A DNA stretch of 64,000 nucleotides from Alphaproteobacteria bacterium (GTDB lineage: Bacteria > Pseudomonadota > Alphaproteobacteria > UBA828): NCBI GenBank assembly GCA_965221125.1, contig CBDCRW010000006.1, positions 576,001 through 640,000 of the forward strand. The letters run 5' to 3'. Under the pieces are notes generated by a model, which was not told where the DNA came from, did not search any database, and worked only from the letters and a program-made list of their open reading frames with translations. Below are positions 61,007 through 64,000 of the stretch, one piece after another. The position numbers and the translations under genes were made by a program. How positions within the stretch are numbered: the stretch's first letter is position 1; each line of letters starts with the position of its first letter.

Positions 61007-64000
<2,994 letters not shown>

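Overview
High-GC (roughly 70% by eye) chromosomal window from an alphaproteobacterium, probably Rhodospirillales-like. This is inferred from the protein sequences, the gene order (ftsK-lolA; twin-TM protein-pduO) and the GANTC-rich ftsK promoter. Housekeeping genes include degP, an OmpR-type two-component pair, nth, rluB, rsmD, prpE, hldE, uvrD, msrB, phoX with a Pho box, a glycine-riboswitch-gcvTHP operon, pduO, dinF, lolA, ftsK and the 3' part of rpoC. An accessory catabolic block of about 20 kb (13.7-33.6 kb) carries two ABC importers (THI5/NMT1-like and PotABCD-like), two 2OG-Fe(II) oxygenases, a guanine-deaminase-like enzyme, a GMC oxidoreductase, CoA-dependent enzymes and an actinobacterial-type ferredoxin. 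It also carries an atypical family-1 uracil-DNA-glycosylase-fold protein that lacks the DNA-intercalating HPSPLS loop and heads a metabolic operon; this is the best candidate for an undescribed nucleobase or nucleoside processing system. Other oddities: a ~170 bp strongly strand-skewed segment beside nth that looks like a deamination-hypermutated gene fragment; a long, structured, ORF-less region upstream of a LysR gene; an AT-rich orphan gene placed directly behind pduO; a serine hydrolase with an apparent in-frame internal deletion; and a solitary RHH-RelE toxin-antitoxin module. No rRNA, tRNA, CRISPR array, integrase or intact transposase was recognised. All assignments come from motif recognition by eye; no database searches were run.
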